A stretch of DNA of 64,000 bases from Vicugna vicugna (Eukaryota). The notes beneath the pieces were generated by a model. The model did not search any database and had not been told where the DNA came from. It worked only from the letters and a program-made list of their open reading frames with translations. The stretch lies in NCBI GenBank assembly GCA_013265495.1, contig MU058213.1, positions 1,922,001 through 1,986,000 of the forward strand, written 5' to 3'. This document shows, one piece after another, positions 37,171-51,134 of the stretch (its first letter is position 1; the number at the start of each line of letters is the position of its first letter). A program made the position numbers and the translations under genes.

Positions 37171-40100
37171 TGGTATTATTATTGCTTTTTTAATTAAAAA
37201 GTCATTTGATTTATACATTGTCTTAATATTAAATAAGCTCTGGAATGATTTTCCTAAGTCCATTTATGTGAATAAACACCCTCTTTAATCTGTGTCATTT
37301 AAATTTGATTTATGCAGTAATTTCTACTAAACAAAGTAATATGGGTTCATTTTAACAACATAAACTAGTAAAGATTGCATATTAACAAACAGTCACCAAT
37401 AGCTTCTCCCATCAAAGATATTTCTGAAAGAAAACTAAAATAGTATTTAATGGAGGCTCGGTTAAAAATCTAACCAGTGTAGATATAGAAGGCTGTCCAC
37501 CAAATACTTTTGGCTTAACTTGTAGAACAGAATCTATAATACAGTTGCATTTCTATGTGAAAAAGAAGTTTAAACACATTCACAGAAACTTATACATATT
37601 TTTATTTTATGGTCTAGAAACACATTAACAGTATCTTAATAACAAAGGTTAATGTAAGGGCTGTGGTTTGAGGAGTAGGGGAGGTTTCTTTACTATTCAT
37701 GAATGTCAGGGTCCTACCTATCTTGTCAAGCACTAATTTCCTAAAATTCACCATTGATCCATTAGTGATACATGAAAACCAATACTGCTACATTGTATTT
37801 TGGAAAGTCTTAAATTACAGCATAAACTGTACCTGAAAAGTCATGTTACTGTACATATTACTGACATGATATCCAGGAAAAGAAAATGCTTTTACATTTT
37901 CCCCCTCAAATACATCGACATGCCATCTGCTTTAACCGATTTAATATACATAACCACATAAAAATTTCATGGAAAGTTCAACTTAAATGCTATTTTACCT
38001 ATATACCTTCTTGTCTCTGAAGGCTGTTTTACCATTGAGACTCAACCTTTTCTGGGAACCGTACTACCTCCCTTCAACTACACATTTCCATTAGCTGATG
38101 GAGAGTCTCACATTGGTTTACCCTCTTCCCTAAGACACTAGTCATTTTCCTAATAAGACACACACTTCTGATGAACAAGCCCTTCCTTTGCCTGTCATCT
38201 CGCCCTTTGGCTTATTCTAAGGTAGAAAATACAAGTTAGAAGGAAAAGTGAAAGAACTGTTAATAAATGTAACAGTAAATTAATATGTATTCAGTGCTAA
38301 AAAGCTTTTATAATTTTTATTTTAGAATTATTTGGTCTAAAAAGTAGAACTCAGGGCTAAGCTAGATATTCACTTAAGGATTCTTTGGTTTATTAATGTT
38401 TATAACATAATGTATAATGAGTCGTGTGTTCTCTATGCCAGCAGCAAATTAATTAATTAATTAATATAATAATAACAATGTTTATTGGGTAGAAGACTTT
38501 ATACTGCAAGTCAAACAATCCCTTGCAGTGCAGAAATGGGCTATTAGGATTTTTCTTTTTTCTTTCTCAAATGCCTTTATCTATCCTTGAAAAGATAATA
38601 AAACTCCATAGTTATTTTGAAGCACGAAGCACTCTGGTTTCTAAAATAGATGGGAGCTTGCTTGGGACATGCTTCCCACCAAACTGCCTTTGGGGTGATC
38701 AGATACAGTGCTGAGAACCTGGCTAAAGTAAAAGCAGCTGGTAGAGGAGAGGCTGAATTTGGTTGGGAGCTTTCTAGCTCCTCACATATCTAGTTTTAGT
38801 CCAGAGTAATCCTAGGTAATGTTTGTTAAATTAAAAGTTGAAACATCTTCATGTATAAAAAGAGAAAATAACACCCTTTTCAACAATTTACCAATTTCCA
38901 TAGTGTCTAAAATGTCTAAACTTTAAAAAAAAATTCCATGGAGAATTATAACGTATCATTTAATTATATATCTGTAACTAAATGTATAAAGGACTACTTT
39001 ATCCATTAAAAATTTACACAGTAACAAATTTTTAATATCTATCCAGACCCTCAGTTATAAAAACAAAGTCAGGTTTAAGTTTTGTATTTAACTGTAAATG
39101 CTAAGTTAATATTTCTTTCTATATAATTATTTCAGGAATAAATTTCTGTTATGATTTGAGGAAAATGAAGTATCTTTCAGTTATGAAATGAAGCAATTCT
39201 TGAAGTAAACTCAAGTATTTGAGGAAGATAAGAGTGCCCATATACTTGCTGATTTTTTTTACTCATTCTATAAAGATTATGCTATTTTTAAAGCAGACAC
39301 AAACAAACCCAAAACACAAACTGCATCTCCCATGTACAATTGGAAATGTGAAATAAGATTTATTTTACCGTATCTGTGGTTGCAATTAGCGAAATCTCTT
39401 CTTTAACCTATCCTTATTCAGTGCTATATTATTTCTTTTAAGATATTTTTATGAGGAAAAAATCTTGATGTTCAAAAGAGTTCATTTATACCTCTCCTTG
39501 GGAATTTTTTCTTCATTGACAAAAACCAGTAACTATTAAAATTTTTTTTATTGATTGACTAAATGAAAAAGATCTACAAAGGACTTTGCTCATATTGCAC
39601 CAAATATAGTTCAACATTTATAGCAAATGAGTTAATTTCAGAGAAAACTATAAACAGGTAGGGATATACTGGTTACAAAAAGCATATATCTTACAAAGAT
39701 GTGGAAACCCATTGGTGGAACAATAGGAATGAACAAATATTCCACCAATGCATAAATCAAACAAGGTATAAATTAAAGTGCCAGCCATTCATTTTTAGAA
39801 CTGTTGAGCCTTAGGTGGCTGGCGATAGTTTTTGGAAGTAAAAACTGTCTCCCTCCAAAGGGTCAGTGGAAAGCAGCATGATTGGCAGCACAAATAGAAG
39901 ACAAAGGAGAAAGCTTCAATCTGCAGCTGATGCACAGGAAGAACATGGGGAGCTGAGTTTACAATAGAGATGACATTACCAAGCTAATGGTGCAGGCAAT
40001 CATGGGGCCACCACACGTCCTGGGTATCAGCAGGGCATCCATTTTCAGCTAAGTGTTAGAGTACCTTTTTGCTTTCTCTCACCACTGCAGGGGTAAAACA

Positions 40101-40930
40101 ACCTAGTGGGGAAAACCTACTGACTGGTAATAAATTACTATATTGGATATTTTTTGTTTTCTTTCTGCAATGACTTTACCGTGTATTCTTGCTATCATTA
40201 CCAATTAAAGTAGAGCCTGCTTTAGCAAGCTGTATCTAACAGTATATCAGTCCTGATGCTCCAATTGCTTTGGCAAGTATCACAGGGTCAAGAGGCTCCT
40301 TTGACCTTTATCATCTAAGTCTTTCTGACCACTCATTATTTGAAGCAATCTCAGCTGAACAGATGGACACTTTCTGCCATACTATAAAGCTTAGAATATA
40401 AAGATAAATGAAATGGTGTTTCAGACTTCAAACTGGTTTATGAGTGTAAAATATTGTTAGTGTATCCAACAAAATCTCCAGTTTTAAAGTGGATACTCCA
40501 ACTCTGGCTAATGGACAATTGCTTGCTTCTTTTTTAATTTTTTAAGACTGAGGAATAGAATTTTGTAAAGCATGGCTAAGGGCTGGTTACTTGGTTACAT
40601 GTTAATTACTATAACCATAGGACATTTAAAAATGCAGGGTTTCCTTTTCATTACTGTGCAATGATATTATTGCATTTTTAAAAATTAATGATGTATCAAG
40701 AAAGTTATATGCTGAAAAACAAAACCGTAAGTGTTGGATAAAGTAAAAATAAAGATTTAATTGTCCTTACACAAATTTTTCTCTTAAATTATGTCATTCA
40801 CCCACTAGAAGGAGAGTCTAGTATTTTTACATATCTGGATATAAAAGGTAAATAATTAAAATCAGCTTTTTATTTTATTAACCTGTGTTAGTATATCATC
40901 ATGGTTATTTAAATATTTGGAAAATTTTAA

Positions 40931-41055
40931 AACTTTTTATTGAAGTATAATAAGTTTACAATGTTGTGTCAATTTCTGGTGTACAGCATAATGTTTCAGT
41001 CATATATATACATACATGTATTCGTTTCCATATTCTTTTTCATTACAGGTTACTG
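40931..41055 (-). mobile_element. 125-bp 5'-truncated L1 3' end with 19-bp TSD
   Basis: tttttattgaagtataa...caatttctggtgtacagcataatg; TSD aatatttggaaa(a/c)ttttaa at 40912-40930 and 41056-41074. Confidence 0.88.
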
Positions 41056-41134
41056 AATATTTGGAAACTTTTAACCTAAAGTAGAAGATGTATTTATTTT
41101 TCTTCACTTGAACTAAAGGTTGGTCTCCTTTAAA

Positions 41135-41266
41135 TAAAGTGACCTTATAATTTATTGTTCAAACCAGGCCTCTTTTGAGAGTGAAATAGTGCACTATTAA
41201 CAATTACATTGGAACAATAGGCATATACCAGGACTGTCCCGGGGAACCTAATGTATGGTCAACCTG
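41135..41266. mobile_element. hAT-Blackjack MITE, MER94-like
   Basis: Degenerate terminal inverted repeats (gtgacc...ggtcaac) and internal ttttgagagtgaaa...ggactgtccc; ~130 bp. Confidence 0.75.
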
Positions 41267-42081
41267 ATCTTATTTACCAAAAAAAAATCTATATTTCTAT
41301 ATTACTCTTGAAATGTGACAATTGTTCTATAAATCACTTGAAGAGTAATACCTCTATAGGTCTATTTTTTTAATGACTAAAAAAGGAGATACTTTTTTTA
41401 AACTTTCAGTTTCGATTTATTGAGTTCCAGTTCTTAAAGCTTCTGATTTGTAGTAAACAAACAAACAAAAAAATGCCAAAGTCTCAATCATAAGGATACT
41501 ACTAAATTGTCCAAAACTTGTTTCTATATTTTGTGCTTATGAAGTCCATGCAACTAGTATCCTATTATGATATATCCAGAATAATCTCTCAGCAATCAAC
41601 TACATTCTATAGGCAAACAGATTTGGTTGCAGGCAAGTGAGGAACAATAGACTGATTAAGAGTTAAACAAACCACTCACCACTCTAACTAGTTTAATGAG
41701 AGAGGGAAAGAGAGATAAAGGGAAAGAAGAAGGTAAACAAAATTACCAAGGTGTTAGAAGGAATGTTTCAAGGCATCTTGGACTGGGGGCACACTACAGA
41801 CAAAGATTAGGGGCAAATGCATCCTTCCCAGCAAAAATGAACCACAACCACAGGTGTGTCCTCAGTTTCTAAAAAGGGACAAAAATCAATACTAGCTTTA
41901 GCATTTTAGGGTTTTACAAGTAATTTTGAGAACAAATGCATAACATAATCTTCCTTCTAGGCAATGAAATTTTGAAGTGATAGAGATTGACTTCAGGGAA
42001 AGGCTCTGAGAGAGTTAAAAAAAAATGGCAAGTTGAGGTATGGCCAAATAGGAATTGTGGAATATAATTCACATAACCAAA

Positions 42082-42417
42082 TGCTACAGACCGAATGTCT
42101 GTGTGTGATGACTCACATGTTGAAATTGTAACCTCAGTGTGATGGTATTTGGACGCAGGGACTCTAGGAGGTGATTAGGTTATGAGGGTAGGATTAGTGC
42201 CCTTATAAGAAGAGTCCAGAGAGCTAGATCACCTTCTCTCCACTATATGAGGGTGCAACGAAAAGACAGCCATATGCAACCAGGAAGAGGGCCTTCACCC
42301 AGCACTGACTTGGCTAGCACCTTGATCTTCGCAGCCTCCAGAACTGTGAGAAATGAATTTCCATTTTTTATAATCCACACAGTCTATGATATTCTGCTAT
42401 AGCAGCCCAAGCTAAAG
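42082..42417 (+). mobile_element. ERVL-MaLR solo LTR, MLT1A-like
   Basis: gtgatggtatttgga...gattagtgcccttataaga...gcaccttgatctt...cagcctccagaactgtgagaaat...atagcagcccaagc. Confidence 0.85.
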
Positions 42418-43837
42418 TATTAAAAAATATATGTCTAGGACTAATCAAAGGTCTTTGCTGACAAACGTATCTAACTTTCTACTGAAACCAAAAACATTCC
42501 TTTAAAATGTAAGGCATCACTAGTATTAGAGAAAATATAGAAAGGATTATCTTATCTTGGACAAAGCTATGGTAAGGATGCCATCAGAATGCTAGAAAAC
42601 CCTGGCTAGACCTCAGGAAAAGAAATATTTCACTATTGTAAAAATCATAATAACACAGAATATGAAATGTTAACTCAGACACCAAATTCTGAATTATAGA
42701 CAAGACTAGGATATTGATACACATTTATACATTTTTAAAATCAGTAGTAAGAACAAGAGACATTTGAAAGTGATCTTCAACTTTACAAAAATAGCTTTTG
42801 CTGTATTGTTTTTGTCTTTAATACGTGGTCTAATTGGCATCCTATAAAAAATTCAACTAAACTAATAGAAAAAAATAGTCATACCAAATTCAAAGCAATT
42901 TCATTTAAAAGCTAGATTATATGTGGCATGCAAGATACTTGTTCTGTGTGTTCTCTTTAAATAGCAACTGTTTCCTTCAATTTTTGTACCTTTTTCTGTA
43001 TGTAATTATCAATTAAGATAACAAATATGTGTTGCTAAATTACTCTGTAGTTACACCCCCAAGAGATGAAAACTAATTAAAAGAGATGGGCTTTTGATAT
43101 ACTAATCTGACTTACTCCAAACACCTTTGCTTCCCAGCTATGACTTTTAAGTCAATGGTATCATGCTGATGCTTTCCAAACATCATACTAATAAGCTTAT
43201 AGTTGGCCAAAAGGCCAGAAAGGATGTAGGTTGAAGAAAAAAAAAAATCTTAGTCAGAATTGGTTTACCTCTGAGTAGACCAAAGGGCAAAAAAAAAAGT
43301 GCTTCTTTTCTTTGGAACTATTTTTATGTGTATTTATATAAAGAATAACCAGCCAAACACTTATTTTGGATAGATGTCTCTGTGGGGCCACCAAATATTT
43401 TAGTCAATTCAACTTAACACATACTTATTAAATTGAAACCAAAACCTAGAATACACTCACATTAAAAAAAAAGATGTATAATAGAAACTAAAGTTAATGA
43501 AATCCCTAAGTGAGGACATGAATTCTTTCAAATGACCACACTCAATAAATGCCCACATATCTAGTAATTGATTGAGAAGATCAAGTTTGCAGACTACCTT
43601 CAAGAAGTAAGAAGGAGGGAAAATCAGACAAAACAGTCCAAAAAGCCAAAATAGATTTCACAAGCCAGGGCTCCAAAACTGAGTGAAAACAGTTATAAAC
43701 TTTAGCAAAGAGGGAGCATTATAATATTATCTATTAATGACAACCAAAAACAGAACTTTCTAATGGAAATCTTACACTCCTCTTCCTGTGGCCTGTTATA
43801 CCTAATTATAACAATCTAATCACAGTATTGCCTACTG

Positions 43838-44057
43838 CAGGGGTTAGAAAACCTGGGCCACCAGACCAAATACTGCCTTCTACTTCCTTTTTTGTAAATA
43901 AAATATCACTGAAACACAGAAATGCTCATTTGTTTATGTATTGTCAGTGGCTATTTTACAAAGGCAGAGTTGAGTAGTTGTGACAGAGATTTTACGGCCC
44001 ACAAAGCCAAAAATATTTACTCTCTGGCCCTTCACAGAAAATGTTTGACAATCCTTG
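43838..44057 (+). mobile_element. hAT-Charlie MER58A-like
   Basis: caggggtt...ttttgtaaataaa...ggcagagttgagtagttgtgacagaga...ggcccacaaagccaaaaatatttactctctggccctt. Confidence 0.85.
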
Positions 44058-44619
44058 CCTATTCTAAGTGAATAGTAATTTCAAATGTATACAAAAATAT
44101 TTTTTATGCAAAGCCACAATGTAAATATAAAGCATTTAATTTAAGGTGTTAAATTTCCTTGATTCAGGTACATTATATTCTAAAAGAGGACTCTCTCTTA
44201 AGGTTGTGTTGGATGTTTTTATGCCACTTATCTGATTTTCCGCTACAAATATAAGTTGCTCTCAGAAGTCCAAGGCCAGGTCCAAAAACTTCTTTTTATT
44301 TTCCTGAGTACTGTAAGACAGTCATCTTCTACCATTCCCACTGTATTTTCCATCTCTAGGCACATCAGCTTCCCATATATCCCCTACTCACCATCCATCT
44401 TTGTATTCTGGACTTTTGGACCTGGTGTTTCCCACAGCAAAATCTTATTCATGCATCAAGCTTTAGACCCAACATGACTTTCTGCACTCTGAACAGCATG
44501 GGTCTAACCACCTACAGGGTGCTAGTAGTACTTTGGCACATAGGTCTACTAGAGCACATGTATTGTATCATGGCTTTTACCAATTTGATGTTAAAAAACT
44601 CAGCACCAGCTAATCATTT

Positions 44620-45285
44620 TCTTTTCTTGCTGCAACTATGCAATAGCTTCCTCCTCCTGATGCCGCCTCTCGTCTAATCCGATTATCCATACAGCAACAA
44701 AAGTGATCTTTTCAAAACATAAATCAGACCCCATCACCCCTTTTCAGATAAACTGTGAAAAGACTACCCCCTTACTAAAGCAGAACTCAAACTCTGTTAC
44801 TTTAAATTTCCACACCCAGCAGAGTCTGCCCCCATCTTCTTTCCAATATTGACTTCTAATTCTCTCTCTGAGCCACTTCTCTCCAGTCACACTGGCCTTC
44901 CTGACTTCATTTCCTATACCAAGCTCATTCCTACTTTAGGCTTTTTGCATTAACTGTTGATTTTACCTAGAATGTTCTCCCCTTTGCTAGACACATGGCT
45001 GGCCCTGTCTTGTCCTTCAGACACTGTAAATGCTACCTGCTCCTCTGACCTTCTTTGAATATTCACTCTAGAGTAAATTTCCAGGCACTTCCTATCACAC
45101 TGTCTGATGTTAATTCACTGCAGAGCCTTCTGCACTGACATTCTTGTTCTTTTTTTAAAAAAATTATAATCTATCTCTTCTCCTCAAGTGCCATGAGTAC
45201 CAGGACTTTGTTGAAATTCCTAGTGTCAGGAAGAGTGTCAGGCACATAGTAGGTGTTCAGTGAATATTTGCTGTATAAATAAAAG
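44620..45285 (+). mobile_element. L2 (L2a-like) 3' portion
   Basis: gtgatcttttcaaaacataaatcaga...ctccagtcacactggccttcct...ggcacatagtaggtgttcagtgaatatttg. Confidence 0.85.
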
Positions 45286-46574
45286 ATCCTGCTCTGCTTT
45301 CCATGCTACAAAACTGACATAACACACATATACAGCAATCCTTCGTTTTCAGGTAGCTTAAGGTCTAATAGAAAAGATAAGACAAATACATACTTGTAAA
45401 ATAACTAGGCAACCCATAGTTAAGTTAATAGTGTTTAATTTGCAGATTCATGTTAAGAAGCACAGGCAGATATTATAGTATGGATAAGATTTGCCCAGGT
45501 GGACAGAAGAGCATCTCCTGTAGGTACGATTAGGCAGGAAGAGATGCGTGGAGAGTAGAATGAGCAGGGCAGCCATGTGGAGGTGCACTGCCTGCCCTGC
45601 CATTACTGAGACACCGTCTCCCTGGAGGAGGAGCAAATCTTACAAGGAAGAAGAGCAAATCCCACGAGAGACTTGGTGTCTCCTGGGACTGCTAACCCAG
45701 CAGGCAACCCTATATTCCTACAATAAGGAATTACCTACAGCATTTACTGTCATACACATCTCAGAGTAGAATCAGCCCTCTCTTCATCAACCTCTGATGA
45801 GAGGTTCAGCAATTTTCAAATGATTTATGAAAGTAGGAAGTGATATTTGCCACTTGAGGGATGGTGGGTTGTACTAGAGACTTTGCATCTGGAGGAAATG
45901 AAAATCAGGCCTCTTCATATTTATTACACTTACATTTCTAAAAGTTATTACAAACCTGTTGATTAGATTGTTGCTGGCTTCAGGGGTTTTGTAGCGAGGG
46001 GAGGGCTTAGTAAAGTAATTATTTGAGGGAAGCAGAGGGCTCATGATATACAGTGCGATCCTCAGGCAATTTTTGAGTGCTTATTTTAGATAACTTTGTT
46101 ACTAGAAAAAGGAGTCTGAAATTTAAGGCAAGAGAATAGGGCAATAATAGAAACTTTGCTAATGTAAGAAACCATTTAACCACACTGCCTTTTAATCTTC
46201 CTTTCTGAGTCTCCATCAGCTCACTACTGTGCCCATCTTACCTGCAGTGACTCATTCCTCCCTAATGTGCTAAACATCCTAAATTTCATCACCAATGTTC
46301 AACAAATTTTTTCTTTTTAACTTTTGAATTGATTGAAACCGGTGTCTGAAAATCAGTGGGGTAGCAGTTGTGTTTCAACAACCTCTTTGCTTATTATTGA
46401 CTATTTTTTCCTAGGTCAATTCCCTCTATAAGATCAAGTCACATGTAAAAACCCAATTTAGACTTAAAGCAATTGACTGGCAAAGTAAATATGCATTTGG
46501 GATGGGGTGGGGGGGTGTTACAATTCAAAAAGGAAGTATCTTCCACTTTATTACCATATTTTTTTCATGTTTCA

Positions 46575-46880
46575 ACTTTAGTCATTTAAGTCCATGTGTT
46601 TATGTAACAACTATTTCTGAATACCTGCCTTGTGTCAGAAATGTGCTAGGTGATGAGGATATCATGATAAACTGACAGCAGGTCATTGCTCCCTTTTGAG
46701 ATTATACTGTTGTGGAAGGTGGGGAAGATAAACAATGAAAATGAAAAGGATGATGAGAAAGAGAATAATGAGAGGTGGGCTGTGACATTACTTCACTTTA
46801 TGAGAAAGTGACATTGATGCTTAGCCTCCAAGGTGAAGAATCAGAGGGAAAATATTCTGGCAGAAGCAAGCAGTAGGGGG
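46575..46880 (-). mobile_element. L2 fragment
   Basis: tatttctgaatacctgccttgtgtcag...gtgctaggtgatgaggata. Confidence 0.6.
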
Positions 46881-47549
46881 ACTATGAGTTGCTTTAATAC
46901 AGCCAAGTAGCTGGGGGTTAAATATCTAGGTTATGGTTCCAAATCTACAGTTGATATTTTTTCAGTATCTTTTTCTTTATAATTTTTCATTTTATTCCAA
47001 GGATGAATACAACTCAGATTGTAATAATTGAATGCCCATTTCTGAGGCTCTTTTCTTTCCATCCAGGTCATGCTGGTGGAAGTTGAAAGTCTAATTCATA
47101 AACTTTACTATGCATTCTACTGTCTGGGAGGTTATATGGCTGAAGAATATGCGTAATCTCCACCCCAAGAGAAGGATCGAAATCAAATTTTAAACTCAGA
47201 AGGTATGTTTAGAAAAGAGTAGATACTGTCTCCAACTTAGGAGCTATAACACAAATTACAAAATAATAATACTGATTAGCAATTTGAATTTTATGAACAT
47301 CCTGGGATACTAAAGGAGACATTTTCTAGCTTTTGATTATGAGTCAAGGTGCCCAGCATGTGGAACTTGCAGGAACAGACTGGGGGAAGAGGTCCCAAAG
47401 AGAAACAACAGTTTGATTCGAATTTCAGAAATGAATAGTACCAGGACAACTAATGAGGGCATTTAAGCAGAGATTAAATATTCTAGAACCAGAAGAAGAG
47501 AGTAGTAGTCCTGAGTTAGTAGTCAACCTGAGTTAGAATAATTCCCATC

Positions 47550-48155
47550 TATAAGCAGAATAGTAAGATTGCCCCCAACAGTCTCAGACCCTTGGGAAAC
47601 ATCTTCCAGTTATTCAGCCAAACAGTAATCTAGGTACAGCCATGAAGGGATTGTGCTGATGTGATTAAGGTTCCAAATCAGTTAACTTTAAGATTGAAAG
47701 AATATCTGCGTTGTCCTGACCTAATTACATTGAATTTTCGAAAGCAGAGAGTTTTTTGCCATGGGTGGCTGAGGAAGAAGTCAGAGATTCAGAGTACTAG
47801 AGGGACTCCATTCACAAGACGTCCTCTACTGCTGACTTAAAGATGGAAGGGAATATATGGCAAGGAATGTGTGGCCCCTGGTCGACAGCCTGCAAGAAAA
47901 CAGGGACCCCAGTCCTACAATCATGAAGAACTGAATTCTGCCAATAACCTGAAAAAGCTTAGAAAAGGACCCCAGCCTTAGATGACATAGCGACCCCAGC
48001 TCACACCTGGATTTCAGTCACATGAGACACTGAACAAAGACCCCAGTACCATGCCAGATTCCTGACCCATGGGAGACAGTGACATAATAAATGTGTATTG
48101 TTTTAAGCCTCTACATTTATGGAAACTTGTTCCATAGCAATAGAGAACTAAAACA
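47550..48155 (+). mobile_element. ERVL-MaLR solo LTR, MLT1E-like, with 5-bp TSD
   Basis: gatgtgattaaggttccaaatcagtt...aactgaattctgccaataacctg...tgttttaagcc...atagcaatagagaactaaaaca; CCATC on both flanks (47545-47549, 48156-48160). Confidence 0.85.
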
Positions 48156-50506
48156 CCATCATCTTGGAAAGGTTTGGGTAGAAGGAGTCAGAGTGGTCAT
48201 CAGTGAGAGCTGAGATTGAGAACTTTGGTTCCTAGAGAGGCAACCTTGAAGGAAGATGTATACTAACCAGGGTGATCAGACAGAGAAAAGAAAAAAATCA
48301 GAGCAGCAAAGAACATTCAGGAAGATGGGGTGGGGAAGTGAAGAGAGGACAACATGGGCACCCAGCCGTGAGAGACATTTGACAGGTCAGAGTCTGCCTA
48401 CAGGATCCATCCATCAGCGGAATCAGCTAGACTGGGACTAAGAGAGCAGAGACAGAAACCAGCAGGTCTCAGTTCTGGTTCTAAAGCTACTTGCCGTGTG
48501 ATTCAGTCAAGAGTGGGCTCCAAAATCCTCTGAAGAAAGAAGAGAACGGGTAACTTGACCACTTCCAGTTCTAACAGGCTACAGTGCTAAAACTAGAAAT
48601 CAAGGGTACGATGAACCTGTCCCTCTCCATTACTACTCTTTTTGCATCCAGATTAATATTTTAGTTCATGGAGCAAGGACATAAGGAAAGAAATAAGGCA
48701 CGTGATACCAGAGAGTAAATGGAGAAGGCCAAGTTTTGCATAATGAGACTTCCAGTGGGAGTTCAGAAGAAAGTAATAAAGGGAAGCATAACTTTGTATA
48801 TTGTAAGCTTTCATAACAGTTTTCAAAAAGCCATCAGGTCTCAGACAACATGTGCAGACAAAAACACACACCATTAAAATTTTCAGCCCTATTTGGATGT
48901 GCGTGGAGTTAAATACGTGCATGAGAATGCTCATACTGCTCACAGCAGCCGCTAATGACCATGTTTTAAATATCTGGTAGAAATTATTACGCATGGACCA
49001 ATGGTTTAAGCAGGATATTTTAAGATGAAACAGCTGTTTCCAGAGTAATGTAAGCTTCATAGTTTGTAGAAATTTTCAAATAATGTAACTTATGTCATTA
49101 TGTGTATTTAATGTTATGAATGCCATTTGGAGATGCAGAGAACTGGTTGTGCTTTCAGGATGTCACAATTAAAACCCAATTCAAAAAAAAACAGATGAAA
49201 ATATTAGCTGGGTATATTTTTCAGTAAGTTCATGCTCTTAATGCCAATGAATAAAGCTAAAGTTTAGATACATTTTGTTTTTACCATCATAGGGGAAATA
49301 ATCCATGAGAATAGATGCTTTCTTTTCTGAGAATTGCTTCCTGTTACATTTTTGCATTTGCTGCTCTCTTAGGGCTAGTTTCAACATAAGTCATTGGTAC
49401 AGAAGCAGTGTTCCTGTTGGGATTCCTTTAAATGGGTCCAGATGGTACTCTCAGTCAATAAGTGATATTACCAGCTTTCAAAAAGAAGTATTTTATTCTC
49501 CTTCTTTCCTTTCCTGTTATAAGTCATTAACCCTTTTAGTCAACTCAACATCTGAAGTTCTACAAACTTCATTTTTCACTCCTCAAAATATCATCCATTG
49601 TGATAGTCACCAAAAATAGTATATAAACAGAAATTATTCCTGACGTAAGACAATGACTTGATTACCAAGAAACTCTAAGTTTCTGTAAAGGAGTAACATT
49701 TACCATCAGCTTTTAATCAGAACCATCAATTTGCTCAGTAACAGAGCATCCAAATCTAGTGGAGTGAATTTGTATCCCAGCAGATATAGACCTCTTTCAC
49801 TATGTTGAATAGGTCCATCTTTGGGTCCTACAAGAAGCTGGTCGTAACAAATTAAGAAAGTCACAGGTTTTTAAAAAGAAAAAAAAATTATAACTGAGAA
49901 GAAAAAAGTAGGAAAGAAAAGAAGAAATTGAGGGAGAAACAAAAGGTCCCTAAATGGTTATAGGTGGGTAATATGGTATGTATGTGAGTGCAGAATTCAT
50001 GTTTTCTAAAATATCTTTATAAAATTATTAGTGAAAATGGAGGCAAATATAGACATGCTTTAATAAATTAAGATTCTCGGTCCCTAGATTAATCCAAATA
50101 CAAAATGAAAATGCCTGATATCTTTAACTTATATTCATGTTTCTAGACTAGAATCCCTACCCATGATATAATTGGAATATTTAATTCAAGGAGAAAGTTA
50201 TAATCCTAGATTTGCATGTTTCTTACAGGGTTAATTAATACTGTGGGGGTAGGGAGAGCTACTGAGGTAAATCTAAGTATTGTACTAAAGAAATTGACAT
50301 AAATATTTACTCAGTAAAAAGGTTTACTTTAGAATTAACAGAAGAGATAACAGTTTTGGAAACCAGCTAAAACCAAAGCAGAATAAACCCTTCCTCCTGA
50401 AGAAATCAGAACTGCCTATCAGCAATTATAAAAACAATAACACTGACCTTGAATCAGCCTTAAAGGTCTTTGTATGCAATTATATTATCAGCTTTATGAA
50501 TTTTCT

Positions 50507-51134
50507 GTTGCTATCTCAGCCACAAATTCAATAAATGCAGAGTTGGTCAGTAATTGGAAGATGGCTATTTTAACAGCTTTCACTGAAGGAGGCATTTGAG
50601 AAAGTACACATTACATCAGCTTTTTCCATGTTAAAAATGACAGCTCTTTCAAATCCTGCCTAGTACACCTTAGATGAAGACTTACGACATCTTAGGTAAG
50701 CAACAATAAAAATTCAACATCAAATTCAGTCAAAACTAGAAATGATTTAAATAAATTATGTATGCAATTCTGGGAAATCAACAGTCAGCTGAAAGATTTT
50801 TACACCAGAAGATTTTTAAAATTAAATATCAGGATTCAAAGTGAACTCCTGAAACGTTTTCTCATCTTGGCTATGTAATTTCACTTTCTCTTCTGTATCC
50901 TAAATATAACAGCTAGCAACAGCAGAAAAACCCAATGAAAAAAGTCCTTGTGTGTGGTTATTGTAATTAACAGATTCAATATCTATTACTGCCAGTCAGG
51001 TATCATAGCAACCCTGTACTGCTGAAAACTGCTAGAAAAATCTTCAAAACCAGCAAAACTCTGCTTTAGGGAAATCTTTAGCAACACGGGGGACATTACT
51101 GGCTGTCAGCATTTGTGGGTGTTGCTATGGGCAC
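50507..51134. promoter_or_regulatory. Candidate RFX (X-box) motif cluster
   Basis: Five TAGCAAC/GTTGCTA half-sites (50507, 50914, 51006, 51079, 51121); two extend to near-full X-boxes. Motif evidence only. Confidence 0.4.

Noticed and set aside
38448..38465. (TTAA)n self-complementary run
   Set aside because: Simple short microsatellite.
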